A stretch of 64,000 bases of DNA from the NCBI RefSeq assembly GCF_009914755.1, contig NC_060925.1, one strand, 5' to 3'. The position numbers and the translations under genes were made by a program. Position 1 is the stretch's first letter; every line of letters begins with the position of its first letter. This stretch comes from the human T2T-CHM13v2.0 reference genome, Homo sapiens. The notes below the pieces were generated by a model that was given only the letters and a program-made list of their open reading frames with translations, was not told the DNA's origin and made no database searches. Below are positions 28,622-57,880 of this stretch, one piece after another.

Positions 28622-29154
28622 TAGATTCCACTAATGGTCACATAACTTGAGTCCAGATTCTCAGGTGCATTATCTGTCCAATTAGAAAGTTGTAAAGATC
28701 ATTTTCAACGAAGCCAGCAGGAACACCTTTCATTAAACATTTCAAGTATGTAATGTGGGGAGGCTCTTCCTCTTCTTCCTCCTGTTTCTATTTGCAGTTT
28801 ATGTTTTTTTGCATGAGGCATTCTTGCTTCATGGACCAGGTTCAAACTTGACCAATATACCTGACCACCCAGAATCTGTGTCCTAGTCCTCGGCTGTGGT
28901 CTGGGAATAGCGGTAGCTCCTCGGAAGGAGTGAGTCAGTGGCAGAGTGATGCGATGTGCTGGCAATGGGGATGGATTTGAAGACCAGTGGCTCATGCCTT
29001 GAGCTATCACAGGCCCAAGTTCAGTGTCCTCTCCTGGGAAACTTGGTGGTTTGTGCCTGTGTATGTTGAGAGTAGGCAAGGGTAGCATTCCTGATCTAGG
29101 CAGAGCCTTATTTGAAAGACTTCTGTTTTCATTTTTGTTTTATTTTAGTTTGGA

Positions 29155-29214
29155 GTGTGTGTGTGTTTGTGTGTGTGTGTGGGTGGGTGTGTATATGTGT
29201 GTGTGTGTGTGTGT
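29155..29214. repeat. Imperfect (GT)n microsatellite
   Basis: About 60 nt of GTGT with a few interruptions. Confidence 0.95.
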
Positions 29215-29248
29215 TTTAAGTGGACATTAAAAATTCCAAGCCTGGCTG

Positions 29249-29609
<361 letters not shown>

Positions 29610-30098
29610 CTAAAAATACAAATTCCATTTTCAGACACACGAAGCATCATATTAGACAGCAACAGTGTCTGCTTTGATCTTGGTTAGTTGAGATTGATCA
29701 TTTGCATTCAAAGTTCATATTAATATTCAGGCTAACAGGTAAAGCTAGCATGCTGAGGTTGGAGAGCCAGCCCACTTGTTAACTATTATAATTGAGATAG
29801 GCTGTGGTCATTAATGTAAATGACAGTGACTCCCCTTGGTCTTCTGGTTAGTAATAAAGAAAAGAGCTCTGAATGAAGATCAATGGATCTGATTCAAATC
29901 CCAGCCCTAACTCAAACATTCTCTTAACCTCTCTGACAGCATTCTCCTCTTTTGCCAAAGGATCATAAGAATAGCTTCTATATGCACTAAACTTGTATTT
30001 AAGATTTTTTTATCATTTTATAAAAATGATACACATACACTGTTTAAATAGTGAGATAGTACTATAAGGTTTATTACAAAAAACAGCAGTTCCCTGCC

Positions 30099-33658
<3,560 letters not shown>

Positions 33659-34647
33659 CAGCTATTTAATATTTTAACGGAACAGTTTTTCCAAGAAAAA
33701 CTCATTCTTCTACCTGAGAACAGGGGTGGGGCTACCATACACTCTGAGGACAAGCAGGGATAGGGCCTGGCTGCATTTCATGTAGCCCCTCTTGCTTTCA
33801 GCCCAGTGCCTCGTCCCTGCCTTCCAGAATGTCAGCTGTTCCCGAATCTGGACCCCTGCAGTTCCATTTCCCCAAAAATTAGCTTCTGGACTCGTGCCGG
33901 CAGGGCGGGGGCAGGGTGGAGGGGAGGAGTGTTCACCTGGCTATGTGGAGAGGTGGAGGGAACATGATGGGAACTCTTCCACAGGTTTGGAACCAGTTTC
34001 CCTGTTTCCAGCCCCACTTGGCAGAACCTGTCTCTCGCAGTCCGAGCCTTTAACGGTTTTTTGTGTACATCAGCATCCTCCTCTGATCTGGTGCCGCTTC
34101 CCTGCTATGTGAGTTACTCGCTTCTTATGACTTCCGTAGTCTCAAAATATACTGCTGTCATTCACTGTAATATTCTCTTCTGTTCTCTTTGATGCTATGG
34201 GTTTAGACTCATTTTATTTCTTTTCTGTCATTTTAGTAGACCCCAGGAAGCCATGGAGACAAACATTGTGTTGACTCTGCTGTGTTTAATCAGCAATCTC
34301 CCTACCTACTTGGTAAGATTATCATCAGTATCAACTTGGACAATATATGCAAGTGCTTTGCAAGCTCTAAAATGTCATCCACGTGTGATTTACTATCATT
34401 TGATCCCTAAGACACCTCGAGAGATTTTTTTCTGCTGTGACTTTTCTCTTGCTACTTTTGACAAAACGAGCACTTCAGTGCTGGCAGCTGTCCATCTAGC
34501 AATAATCTTTAAGGTCCCAAACAAGATGAAAATGACTAAAACGCTCACAATTGTATGTGTTATACAAAAGAAGTTGAAAATGCCATACTGAATGGTAGGC
34601 TAAATGAAATGTACTATGCTAGAATTTCCAGCAAAAGTCTCTTAAAA

Positions 34648-35801
<1,154 letters not shown>

Positions 35802-36737
35802 TCATGCAATGGGAGAAGAAGGATAGAGAAATAAAACTCCAGTTCTGGCAGCACCAGACAGCCCAGACACAAGTGTTAAGCACAAAAGGAGAGGCAGCAT
35901 GGATCCTGGCAGCTCTCGTGTTGCATGAAAAACACCTGCTCTGTTGGCAGCCAGGAGAGAAAAACCAGAATAGCACAGGCTCACCCACTCACGAAAACAC
36001 AGGAACTCCCCTGTATGTAGGCAAGAGGGGCTGGGGAGCATCAGCAGACAGGCCTAGTGAAGCTTACCTGGAAAATGTACCCTATACTCTTTAAAAGGAC
36101 TTGAATTTCCTTCAGAATGAGAAGAGAATGAAATTCAACACCTTTCTTTCTTAGAGGCAGCTAGGCCTGATCAGAGCCCACAAGGTTGCAAGCTTGCCGG
36201 AAGCTTGACTCAGCCAGGACTAGCCACACACGAATGAGGCCTGGGGCCAGAATCGCCCCTGGGGGAGGCTCCCTCGGCCACACTGTGAGGAAATTGCTGA
36301 GGAACATGCCATCCACTCTGCTGGGGGTACCCCACAGTGGGCATTGCACTCAGAGTTCTGGGGGAATGGGGCAAGATTTGGAGATAACAGTATTGAGAAC
36401 ACTGAGGGCAGCAACCAAAATAAGCAAGCAAGGAGACCTACAAATCAGGAAACATGGCGACAGGGAAGGCCTGAGCCATGAAGACCACGGTATTAACCCG
36501 CGAGGATGACCCTCTTGTATCTTCAACATCATGTGTCCAAAATAGCCCTTTGAGATGTTCCTTAAGAAAAGCGTTCATGGGCCCGGCACAGTGGCTCACA
36601 CCTGCAAACCCAGCACTTTGGGAGGCTGAGGCAGGAGGATCACTTGACCCCAGGAGTTCGAGACCAGCCCCGGGAAAATAAGGAGTCCCCCATCTCTACC
36701 AAAAAAAAAAAAAAGACACAGAGAGAAGAGTTCTACC

Positions 36738-37266
<529 letters not shown>

Positions 37267-37722
37267 TGAGCCACTGCACCCAGTCCTAATTTTTTTTTTT
37301 TTTAATTAAAAAGAAAGGGTTCTATGGTCACAGAAATTTGGGAAATGCTGCCTGCAATAAACCCCCATAGGGATTTACAATGAACAGTAACCTCTGGAAG
37401 GCCCTGAGCAGTTCTTCAAGAAAGGAAAAAGACAAAAACAGAAAAAATGACACCTGGATTTCCCACTTTCCTTCAAGCAAGGCCTGTTAACATCCTGCAG
37501 AACTAGTGTTCCAGGGACCATAAAATGGTAACTGCTGTTCTACCCAGCCTTGACAGTTGAAGCTCGTCTTTAGCAATGACACAACTTTCAGAATTTTGTA
37601 GTGAAAGATACGTTTTGTTATAAACATTAGTTGTGAATTTTTAAATCCTTTTTTCTCAAGTAACATCTCACAGCGGAAAATCCACCATGTTTCTGAAATG
37701 TTGTTTTGTTTTTCCAATTAAC

Positions 37723-38145
37723 TTTTTTTTATATAGACTCAATTTGTTTAGCACTGTTTGGGCAAAACTGAGCAGAAAGCAATGTTCCCAGATGCCTCCT
37801 CCCCACCCCTCCCCCTCAGACTCCCCCATATCAACACATAGAGTGCCCCACAGTGGCACATTCTTACGAACAATCAACGAACCTGCACAGATACGTCATT
37901 ATCACCCAAAGTCCGTAGTTCACATTGGGGTTCACTCTTGGTACTGTGCATTCTATGAGTCTTGACAAGTATATGATGACACGTATCCACCAGTGCAATA
38001 ATATACAGAGTCGTTTCACTGCCCTAAAAATCCTCCGTGTTCTGCCTGTTCACCCCTCCCTCCCACTAACCCCTGGCAACTACCAAACTTTTTACTGTCA
38101 TCATAGTTTTGCCTTTTCTAGAATGTCATATAATTGGAATCCTTA
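37723..38145 (-). mobile_element. L1MC1-like 3' end
   Basis: CATTATCACCCAAAGTCCGTAGTTCACATTGGGGTTCACTCTTGG...TTTCACTGCCCTAAAAATCCTCCGTG. Confidence 0.8.
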
Positions 38146-38198
38146 TAATGTTTTTGTTTTTGTTAAATCTTATGGTATTTCTGTGTAAAAGGAAATTA

Positions 38199-38221
38199 AA
38201 GAGAGAGAGAGAGAGAGAGAA
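38199..38221. repeat. (GA)n microsatellite
   Basis: About 10 consecutive GA units. Confidence 0.9.
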
Positions 38222-38269
38222 ATAACACCCCTTCCATGGAAGATCACTGGCTCATTCTTTACTTTATAA

Positions 38270-38806
<537 letters not shown>

Positions 38807-38908
38807 GTCTAAAGGAGACATTCAAACTTCATCAGAAAATCTCACAAATATTTTATATGTAGTCATTTACCTCTGGTAAGCATTTGGCCACCTAAAATGT
38901 TTGGTAAG

Positions 38909-40500
<1,592 letters not shown>

Positions 40501-40849
40501 AAGAAAGGAAGGAAGGAAGGAAGAAAGGAAGGAGCAAACATCCCAAAAGGTAGTTTGAGAAGAGGGGGAACTCTTACAATGTCACTTACCAGAATAGACC
40601 AACAGCAATTTTTTAGTGACATGCTTTTGATTTTAGTCCCAAATCCCTAGTTTTTATTGAATGTGGCCAGCAAAGCCCTGCATGGTGTGATCCCTGCCCA
40701 CCCAGACAGTCTCTCTCACGTGACTCCTCCCAGCCCCACCCCACTTCTCAGTCAGATTGGACTTCTTGCCACCGCAGGGTTTTTACCTCTGCTATTTCCA
40801 CTGCCTGGCACCATTTCTTCCTCTCATCCTTATCCTGTCTCAGCCTATT

Positions 40850-41062
40850 CAGTCTTAGTCCATTCGGGGTGCTATAACAAAATAGCATAACTGGCCGCTT
40901 ACAAACAACAGAAATGTATTATCTCAGAATGCTGAAAACAGAAAAGTCCAAGATGAAGGCGCTGGCAAATTCCGTGTCTGGTGAGTGCACACTTCCGGTT
41001 CGGAGACGGCACCTTCTCACTGTGTCCTCACGGTGGAGGGGACTGGGGGCTCGCAGGGACTC
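40850..41062 (-). mobile_element. MLT1A/MST-like LTR 3' half
   Basis: GTCTTAGTCCATTCGGGGTGCTATAACAAAATA...AAACAACAGAAATGTATT...AAGTCCAAGATGAAGGCGCTGGCAAATTCCGTGTCTGGTGAG...CTTCTCACTGTGTCCTCAC. Confidence 0.85.
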
Positions 41063-41637
<575 letters not shown>

Positions 41638-42016
41638 TTTCCTTTCAACTTTTCTCAAGGATCTTCCTTCAGACTGAGGGCTGTGTTTCTGGCCCTAGCC
41701 CTTGAAGTTTTGTTGTTGTTTTTTTCAATAATCAGTAGTTCTGAACATTTCATTTCCCAGTTTCTGTGTTCTTTCTGCCCAAAGCTAAATTCTAATATTT
41801 CAGTAAATATTTTCACTGGTTCTGGCAGCATAGTATTTTATCATGTGACAATGCCACTGTGGGTTTATAGAACCATTCGTTCCCTGTTGAGGGGCATTTA
41901 TGTTGTTTCCAACTTTCTGATATTATGGTGAAATGCCACAGTGGGGATACTCGTAACCTAAATTTTCCCACATGTCTGATTATTTTCTCAGGATAAATTT
42001 CTAAAAAGAACTGCTA

Positions 42017-43182
42017 GGCTGGGCATGGTGGCTCACGCCTGTAGTCCCAGCACTTTGGGAGGCCGAGGCAGGTGGATCGCTTGAGCCCAGGAGTTCAGGA
42101 CCAGCCTGGGCAACATGCAAAACCCCATCTTTACAAAAAATACAATAATTAGCCAGGCATGGTGGCATGTGACTACAGTCCTAGCTACTCGAGAGGCTGA
42201 GGTGGGAGAATTGCTTGCGCCCAGAAGGTGGAGGTTACAGTGAGTGGAGATCGCACTACTGTACTCCAGCCTGGGGGACAGAGTGAGACCCTGTCTTGAA
42301 AAAACAAAAAACAAAACAAACAAAAAAAACCTACTAAGTTAAAGGGTAAGAACATTTTTTAAGGCTAAAGGCATATTTTGTCCGTTTTGTCCCATTACAT
42401 TAGGCTTGCTTTTGACACTTAACTCAGTGGTCACGAGAGTTTTCCTACCAACTCTCCTCCCACTATTTACTTTTTCTGTGTCAGCTTCTTATCCGGTTTC
42501 ATCTGTCTGATTTCCTGTATTCCTTTTTTTTTTTTTCTTTTTTTTGAGATGGAGTGTCGCTCTGTTGCTCAGGCTGGAGTGCAGTGGTGCGATCTCAGTT
42601 CACTGCAGCCTCCCGGGTTCAAGTGATTCTCATGCCTCAGCCTCCTGAGTAGCTGGGATTACAGGCTCCTGCCACCAGGCCTGGCTAATTTTTGTATTTT
42701 TAGTAGAGACAGGGTTTCACCATGTTGCCCAGGCTGTTCTAAAATTCCTGGCCTCAAGTGATCCGCCTGCCTCAGCCTCCCCAAATGCTGGGATTACAGG
42801 AGTGAGCCACCATGGCAGTCCTAACACTGCTTGATTTTATGTCTCATTAATCTTCGCATTGACTTGTTCATTAAATAAGTGCGGAGCCCCCATGCTGTGC
42901 CAGCAGTTGTGCTTGGCTAAGTGCAGTCAACAAGATGATCAAATCATAACAGAATGTGGTCAGTACTCTGTGGACACTAACATAACCCTAGGAAATAATT
43001 ATAGGGGAAAGGTTGACTTCTGAAAGTTTGTTAGGAAAGTTATTTTTTATTTTTACTTATTTACTTTTGAGACAGGGGTCTCACTATGTTGCCCAGGCTG
43101 TCCTTGAACCCCTGGACTCACGCAATCCTCCTGCCTCAGACTCCTGGGTAGCTGGGATTACAGGTGTGCACCACCATGCTCC
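42017..43182. mobile_element. AluJb (+) 42017-42328, AluS (-) 42524-42822, FLAM (-) ~43045-43182
   Basis: Alu matches. Confidence 0.9.
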
Positions 43183-43229
43183 GTGAAAAGTTCTTTCTGA
43201 GAAGATGAAACCTGAAGAATAAGAAGGAA

Positions 43230-48948
<5,719 letters not shown>

Positions 48949-49069
48949 TAAAGGTAGCCATACTGTGCCTCAGTTTCTCAACTATCAAATGAAAATTAAA
49001 TGGAGGCAATTTTACTCTACAAAGTTAGAAGACCGAAGGAGTAAATGTGAATGTTCCTTTTTAAGAGAG

Positions 49070-49933
<864 letters not shown>

Positions 49934-50214
49934 TAGTGGTTTTTCAATTTATTACTTTACTGTATTAAGGTTCCTGCTTACTCAAAGTACTTTCCATAAA
50001 GCCCCACAGGACTCATTTTTGTCAAAAACCTATGCACCCATTCCAATTTAATATATAATTATGAGATTATCAGTTAGTACTGTCATAATTTGCATAATCA
50101 TTAGGACCTGAAAATATGAAGCCCCTCTTTAATTAATATGATGAAAATTAAATTCAGGAAATAAGCGTGATACATAAGCGCCTCGTGTAAGGCATTTTAT
50201 GAGACGCTCCTGAA

Positions 50215-50702
50215 CAGTGTTGCTCACTGAGGGGCCTGCAGCTCACTTGAAGTGTCTCTGTGAGAATACAGATTGATGGGCTGCACTCCGGAATTCCTGA
50301 GACGGAACTTGCAGAATAGAGGCCGGTGGCCGGGCGCCGTGGCTCACGCCTGTAATCCCAGCACTTCCGGAGGCCAAGGCAGGTGGAGCACTTGATGTCA
50401 GGAGTTCAAGACCAGTTCGAGAGATGGTGAAACCCCAACTCTACTAAAAATACAAAAATTAGCTGGGCGTGGTGGCGCATGCCTATAGTCCCAGCTTCTT
50501 GAGAGGCTGAGGTGAGAGGATCATTTGAATCCAGGAGATGGAAGTTGCAGTGAGCCAAAGATCACACCATTGCACTCTAGCCTGGGCAACAGAGCCAGAC
50601 TCTGTCTCAAAAAAAAAAAAAAAAAAAGAATAGAGGCTGGGAAGCTGTATTTTCAAGGAGATTCCCAGGTGATTCTTACACATCTTATAGTTTAAAACTC
50701 TG
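50215..50702. mobile_element. MER5-like DNA transposon interrupted by an Alu (+, 50328-50627)
   Basis: GAATACAGATTGATGGGCTGCACTCC...CTGTATTTTCAAGGAGATTCCCAGGTGATTCTTACAC; Alu TSD AAGAATAGAGGC. Confidence 0.75.
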
Positions 50703-50727
50703 CCACAGAGAATGAAAGATCAAGTAA

Positions 50728-51834
<1,107 letters not shown>

Positions 51835-52020
51835 TTATACATCTCTCTCAAAAGATGAAATATCTTCTATATCATAATTTTGCATATAATATGTAATGCT
51901 TCTGTGAATTTGAGGGCATTCTATGACTATTATTATTATTATTATTTGGAAATTCTCTAATACTGTGTTTTAAAAGTTTTGGAAAGGGAGAAAAACTCCA
52001 GATGAAATACTGAAGGGGTA

Positions 52021-52090
52021 ATTGATGTAGTTCTGTCCCAGTGAAGGGAGCTTATGTTCCCCCCTTCACTGGGACAGAACCTGCATCAAT
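52021..52090. repeat. Inverted repeat: 19-bp perfect arms extendable to ~28 bp
   Basis: GTTCTGTCCCAGTGAAGGG (52030-52048) pairs with CCCTTCACTGGGACAGAAC (52062-52080). Outer ATTGATGTA pairs with TGCATCAAT. Confidence 0.95.
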
Positions 52091-54138
52091 GACTAGGGCA
52101 GCAGCTGGAGCTTCTGACGCTCACGCTCCGGTCACCTGTTTGTTTTGGTGCTCGTCCTCTCACCACGCTGGGCTCCAGTTCCTTCTTGGATAAACTGAAC
52201 CAGTTGGAGCATGAGATTTCCAAGATTCTTCCCAGCTCTACAAGTTGATAACTTCTTTGTATGTCAAAGAATCCCACATAGACTTAGATTACGGCAGGCT
52301 CTCTCTCATAACCAAGAAAAAATTCTGGCCAATTTTCAGACATGGAATAATGCTCCGTATCAGTATACATTAAGATTAATTTATTCTAAGATTAATTAAT
52401 TCAGCATAATAAGTATCTGCTTATGTGTAATTAAAAGGAAATTATTTTAAGGGAACCTGAGCTAATCATCGTGTTTGTTTTTTGAATATCAGCATGATAA
52501 ATTAACTTCTTGTGTTCCATTAAGATAACCAGTTCATTGCGGGCAAGGATGGCATATGAAATCAAGCCCAGTATCTCATTTCTCCACTTTAGGTTTTAGT
52601 TTCTCCTTATATTTATTTTTTAAGACAAGTTTTTATTTTACAGGTAGGATTTCCTCTCCTCCCACAGTCTCTGCAGAGCTGAAATTTTCAAAGCTTTCTT
52701 TTTTCTTTTTAGTTGTGCTCCATGATTTCTCACCAGTGCCCACTTCTTATAACAAAAAAAATGAACTAAGTTGAAATAGGAGCCTCTTGTCTATTTAGCA
52801 AATACTCTCTGTGCACAGCCTATAGTCCTAGCAGTGTTAGAACACTGGAAGGGAATGGGGTGGCCATGACCTTGAGAAGCTCAGGCCTTCTCAATGCCCT
52901 GGAAAAAGTGGAAGCCATATTCAGTATATTGATGTCATGATAAGGATGATACTTAACAAATAATACTTTTTATCTTTTCAACAAAAAATCCTTAGCAACA
53001 ATTGCTTATGAAATACACATTTGAAACTTTAACAATCACGGTATTGGTTTGAAGCAGAGCCTTAGTAATGTCCCTTAGTGGTTGTCGAAACCAACTGAAA
53101 AACAAGATAATTAGTGAATTGAAGTAATTAATAATATTTTGTGATAAGCACCACTAACAAAGAAGTAAAGACAAGTACATGAAATGACAGCTGCCGTACA
53201 TAAGAATCACATTTCCCTTCCCCTCCTAAAGAATCCTAGTAGGATATCTTATAAAAAGAGAGCTTCTGGGGTAAGGCGACTTAGAGGGAGAAAAAAACAT
53301 GCAGATATAACCTACAAAAGGCATCCCAGTCTATTCTTTGCTTAGAGACTGCAGCATAGACACTGTTCCCATGAGGCAGGGTCCCACAGGGTTAAAAACC
53401 TATCTAAAACAATTCCGCAGAGGCAGCCTCTGACATTGCGTTGAAAGGGTCCACGCACTCTGTGAGCTCATATTTATGACATACATAGGGTTCTCTTTGC
53501 TGGGCAGTTCTTTCCCTTGTGTTGAAGAGACACGTGATAGTTGACCCTCACCTCACGGCTCCCTCACTTGTGAATTAAAGTCAGACACTGCCGTAAGGTT
53601 CTTCTGGTTCCTGCTTTGTGGAGAAAGCTTTCAGCAGCAATATCTGGGATCACTGGTGTATTAAATGTCAGGCCTCGCATCATTATTCTGCCCTGAGCTG
53701 ATGGTAAACCGGGCACCCAGCCTTTTAGCTTTCATCCAGCACGAGGGAACTTGCCTTCAGATGTGACACGTACAAGTCAAAAAAGCTCAGAGTCAGCTCC
53801 AACGTCTATTGGATCCCACTCTATCGCCTTTAAAAAGGAAAAGAAAATCGAATTCACAGAACCGAGGCTAAATACGACCGTTAAGAACGGACTGCATTCA
53901 CCATATTTCCATGAGAGTGGCAAAGAGAACAAAGATAAATGCCAGGCTACATCTTGGATCCTTTGCCAGCTTGTGGAAGAACTTAGCAGAAAAAGATGTG
54001 AACTCTACTGTTTAGGAATAAAATAACTTTTAAAAATAAATTATTGAAAAGTGTTATTTGGCTGTTTCTTTTATGCATTCAAAAGCAAAATAGTAAGAAT
54101 CCAGTGGACTTTGAAATCTTCCTATATGTTAAAAAATA

Positions 54139-54460
<322 letters not shown>

Positions 54461-54844
54461 TAGAGTCCACCTAAGGTAAGAATCTAGGACTCATTTTTGT
54501 ATTGAAATTTCATTCCTTGTAATTCATATTTTTTCATGTGATCCCTGAAATAAATTAAAAAAGAAAAAAAAAGGTACCAGTGCTCGTAAGTAGAAAGTGG
54601 AGAACTAAACGACTCCAAAATGTGCAATATGTTGGGCACTGGTGGCCAGCTGGTAAAAATCTTATGAGAGTTGCGGGTTTTCGAAATATATGTAATTTAG
54701 TTATCTGTCAAAATGAGATCCGCATCTACATGGCTTTACCCAGGAATGCAGAATTTGAGACTGGAGCGTAGGGAGGGAGAAGCCTATGGGTCTTGGGTTT
54801 TCCGGAATTGGATTATAAATACGAACAGGTTTAAAGAAATAATG

Positions 54845-55265
54845 AGGCCGGCAGCGTGTGCGAGGAGCCCCGCGCTTCCTGGGCACCACGCGGCGGGACC
54901 CGGGGAGGCAGGCGGGGACCCGGGGAGGCAGGCGGGGACCCGGGGAGGCAGGCGGGGACCCGGGCAGGCAGGCGGGGACCCGGGGAGGCAGGCGGGGACC
55001 CGGGCAGGCAGGCGGGGACCCGGGGAGGCAGGCGGGGACAGGCACCAGCCCACTTGACAACTGCGCGCACCGGCGCAGCCGGCAGCTCGGGGGCGCGCAC
55101 ACCCACACCGCGCCACGTGCGCGCGGGGGCTGCGGAGACTACCCGAGCCGCGTGGGCGCGTCAGAGCCACCTCCGCTCTCTCTCACGTCGCCAGGGATTC
55201 TTGACGGATGATTCCGCTGTCAGATGCCAGCTTGCCTCTGTCACACCGTTTTCCTGAACGCAGTA
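54845..55265. promoter_or_regulatory. Intergenic (orphan) CpG island, candidate enhancer or promoter
   Basis: About 400 bp that is very GC- and CpG-rich, with repeated GGCGGGG boxes, E-box CACGTG at 55114-55119 and GCGCGC runs. No credible coding exon. Confidence 0.75.
54895..55039 (+). repeat. 20-bp GC-rich minisatellite, ~7 copies of CGGG(G/C)AGGCAGGCGGGGACC
   Basis: Units start at 54901, 54921, 54941, 54961*, 54981, 55001* and 55021 (* = CGGGCAGGCA variant). Confidence 0.97.
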
Positions 55266-56179
55266 GCCATGTATTTGAAAGCCGTGTCATGTGTGAAACG
55301 AGTTTACCTTGTAGATTAGGATAAACAAAGATTCTCCGTGCTCATCCAAAAGTCCAAAGCCCCCTCCGCTCTGCAATTTCCACTTGTTATATGCAGAACT
55401 ATTCTCACCTCGGGAATGTGATGGTTTTATAACTGTGGGGGCCCAAATGTACTGACTAGGACTGTTTTCCCGCACTCACCATGAGGAGGTGTTCAGTTGG
55501 ACATGTGCCTAAGGATTTTTGTTGGCTTTTTATTTAGTATTTGCTCATTTTGGAAAAAAAAGTACAAACTACCTTCGAGCTGGGAGCTACACAGAGAGGC
55601 TTGCTCAGATTCAGATTTGTTTTGGTATGTCTGTTTCATAGGCTGCAGACTTCCTACTGTGTCACATCCAGTGCGCATCATACCTGCTGGGGTGTCTCTC
55701 AGGGATGTTAAGATTGATCAGTGGGCTCGGATCCTGTCAACCCGATATGTCCATTATAAAGTTCTCCTTCAGCTCTTCACCTGTGGTTTCAGCAGCCATT
55801 GATAATCATTGCTTAGATACTTCATTTCATTAGAGGTTGCAAAATGGCAATATTTTAATTTATCATTTCTTTTATGTATCAGCAGGATCTTTTCCCATCA
55901 ATTATTTGGCTACCCTAAATACAGTTCATACAGGAAGGGCAAAATAAATACTTGATCCTTACTCTTTATTTTTGGAATAAAGAGTTGTTTCCTTAGCACT
56001 CTCCAAAGGTGACCAATCCATCTATTTTTGGAGCATTACTCTCAACCGGTGGATGTTACCATACTTGATGTGTCTTAATATGCTACAGTATTTATTTACT
56101 TATTTATTTGATGGCCCAAATACCCCACTTTCAGCCAGGGCTCCTGTAGCCTTCTGACACAACCATAGAAGTCTTTGAC

Positions 56180-57230
<1,051 letters not shown>

Positions 57231-57419
57231 AATTTATTTTAAAGTACAGATTACCCTAGAAGGAAGCCGAAGAGGAACTGATAGTGGTAGAACTACACAA
57301 ACTCCATAAATAAAGTCTTGCCTAATTCAGACATGTGCTACCACCTGCCAGCTGCAGTGGTGGAGTAAGAGGAAAAGCCCAGTGACTAAGCAAGGAGAGT
57401 AACTGTCTTATATTATCGA

Positions 57420-57880
57420 GGGATGCTCCGGGCCTGTGCTAGGTGCTTTGTATGCTTTTAACTCATTTAATCCTTACAATAGTCTTATGAGATAGATACT
57501 ATTATGTTAGTATAATATCCACACTACAAATGGAAAAACTGAAGTTCAGAGAAGCCACTCTCTTCATAAACAGCAAAGATAGGCTTCAATCCATGTGGTC
57601 TGGCTTTGGAGCCAGTCTACTGATAAGAGCAACATAAGTAGCTCTTAATAGATGCCAGCCCTGTTTTAAGTGTTTTGTGTCTATTAATTCATTTAATACT
57701 CACAATAACCCTATGAGGAAGATACTCTCATAGGACCCATTTTACAGATGAGAAAGTTGAGATACAGGCAGGTGAAGTGACTGTGTAAGATCACACAGCT
57801 GGCACACGGCAGAGCCAGATGTTAAGCTGGGAGTTTGGGCTCCACCCCACCCTGCTGCCCCTCACATTATTAACCACTGG
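57420..57880 (-). mobile_element. Two MIR copies
   Basis: CTCATTTAATCCTTACAA..., CCCATTTTACAGATGAGAAAGTTGAGATACAGG, GATCACACAGCTGG. Confidence 0.8.

Noticed and set aside
54701-55257. Six overlapping 90-135 aa repetitive ORFs across the minisatellite
   Set aside because: The stop-free 20-bp GC repeat keeps every frame open; there is no splice or homology evidence for coding.
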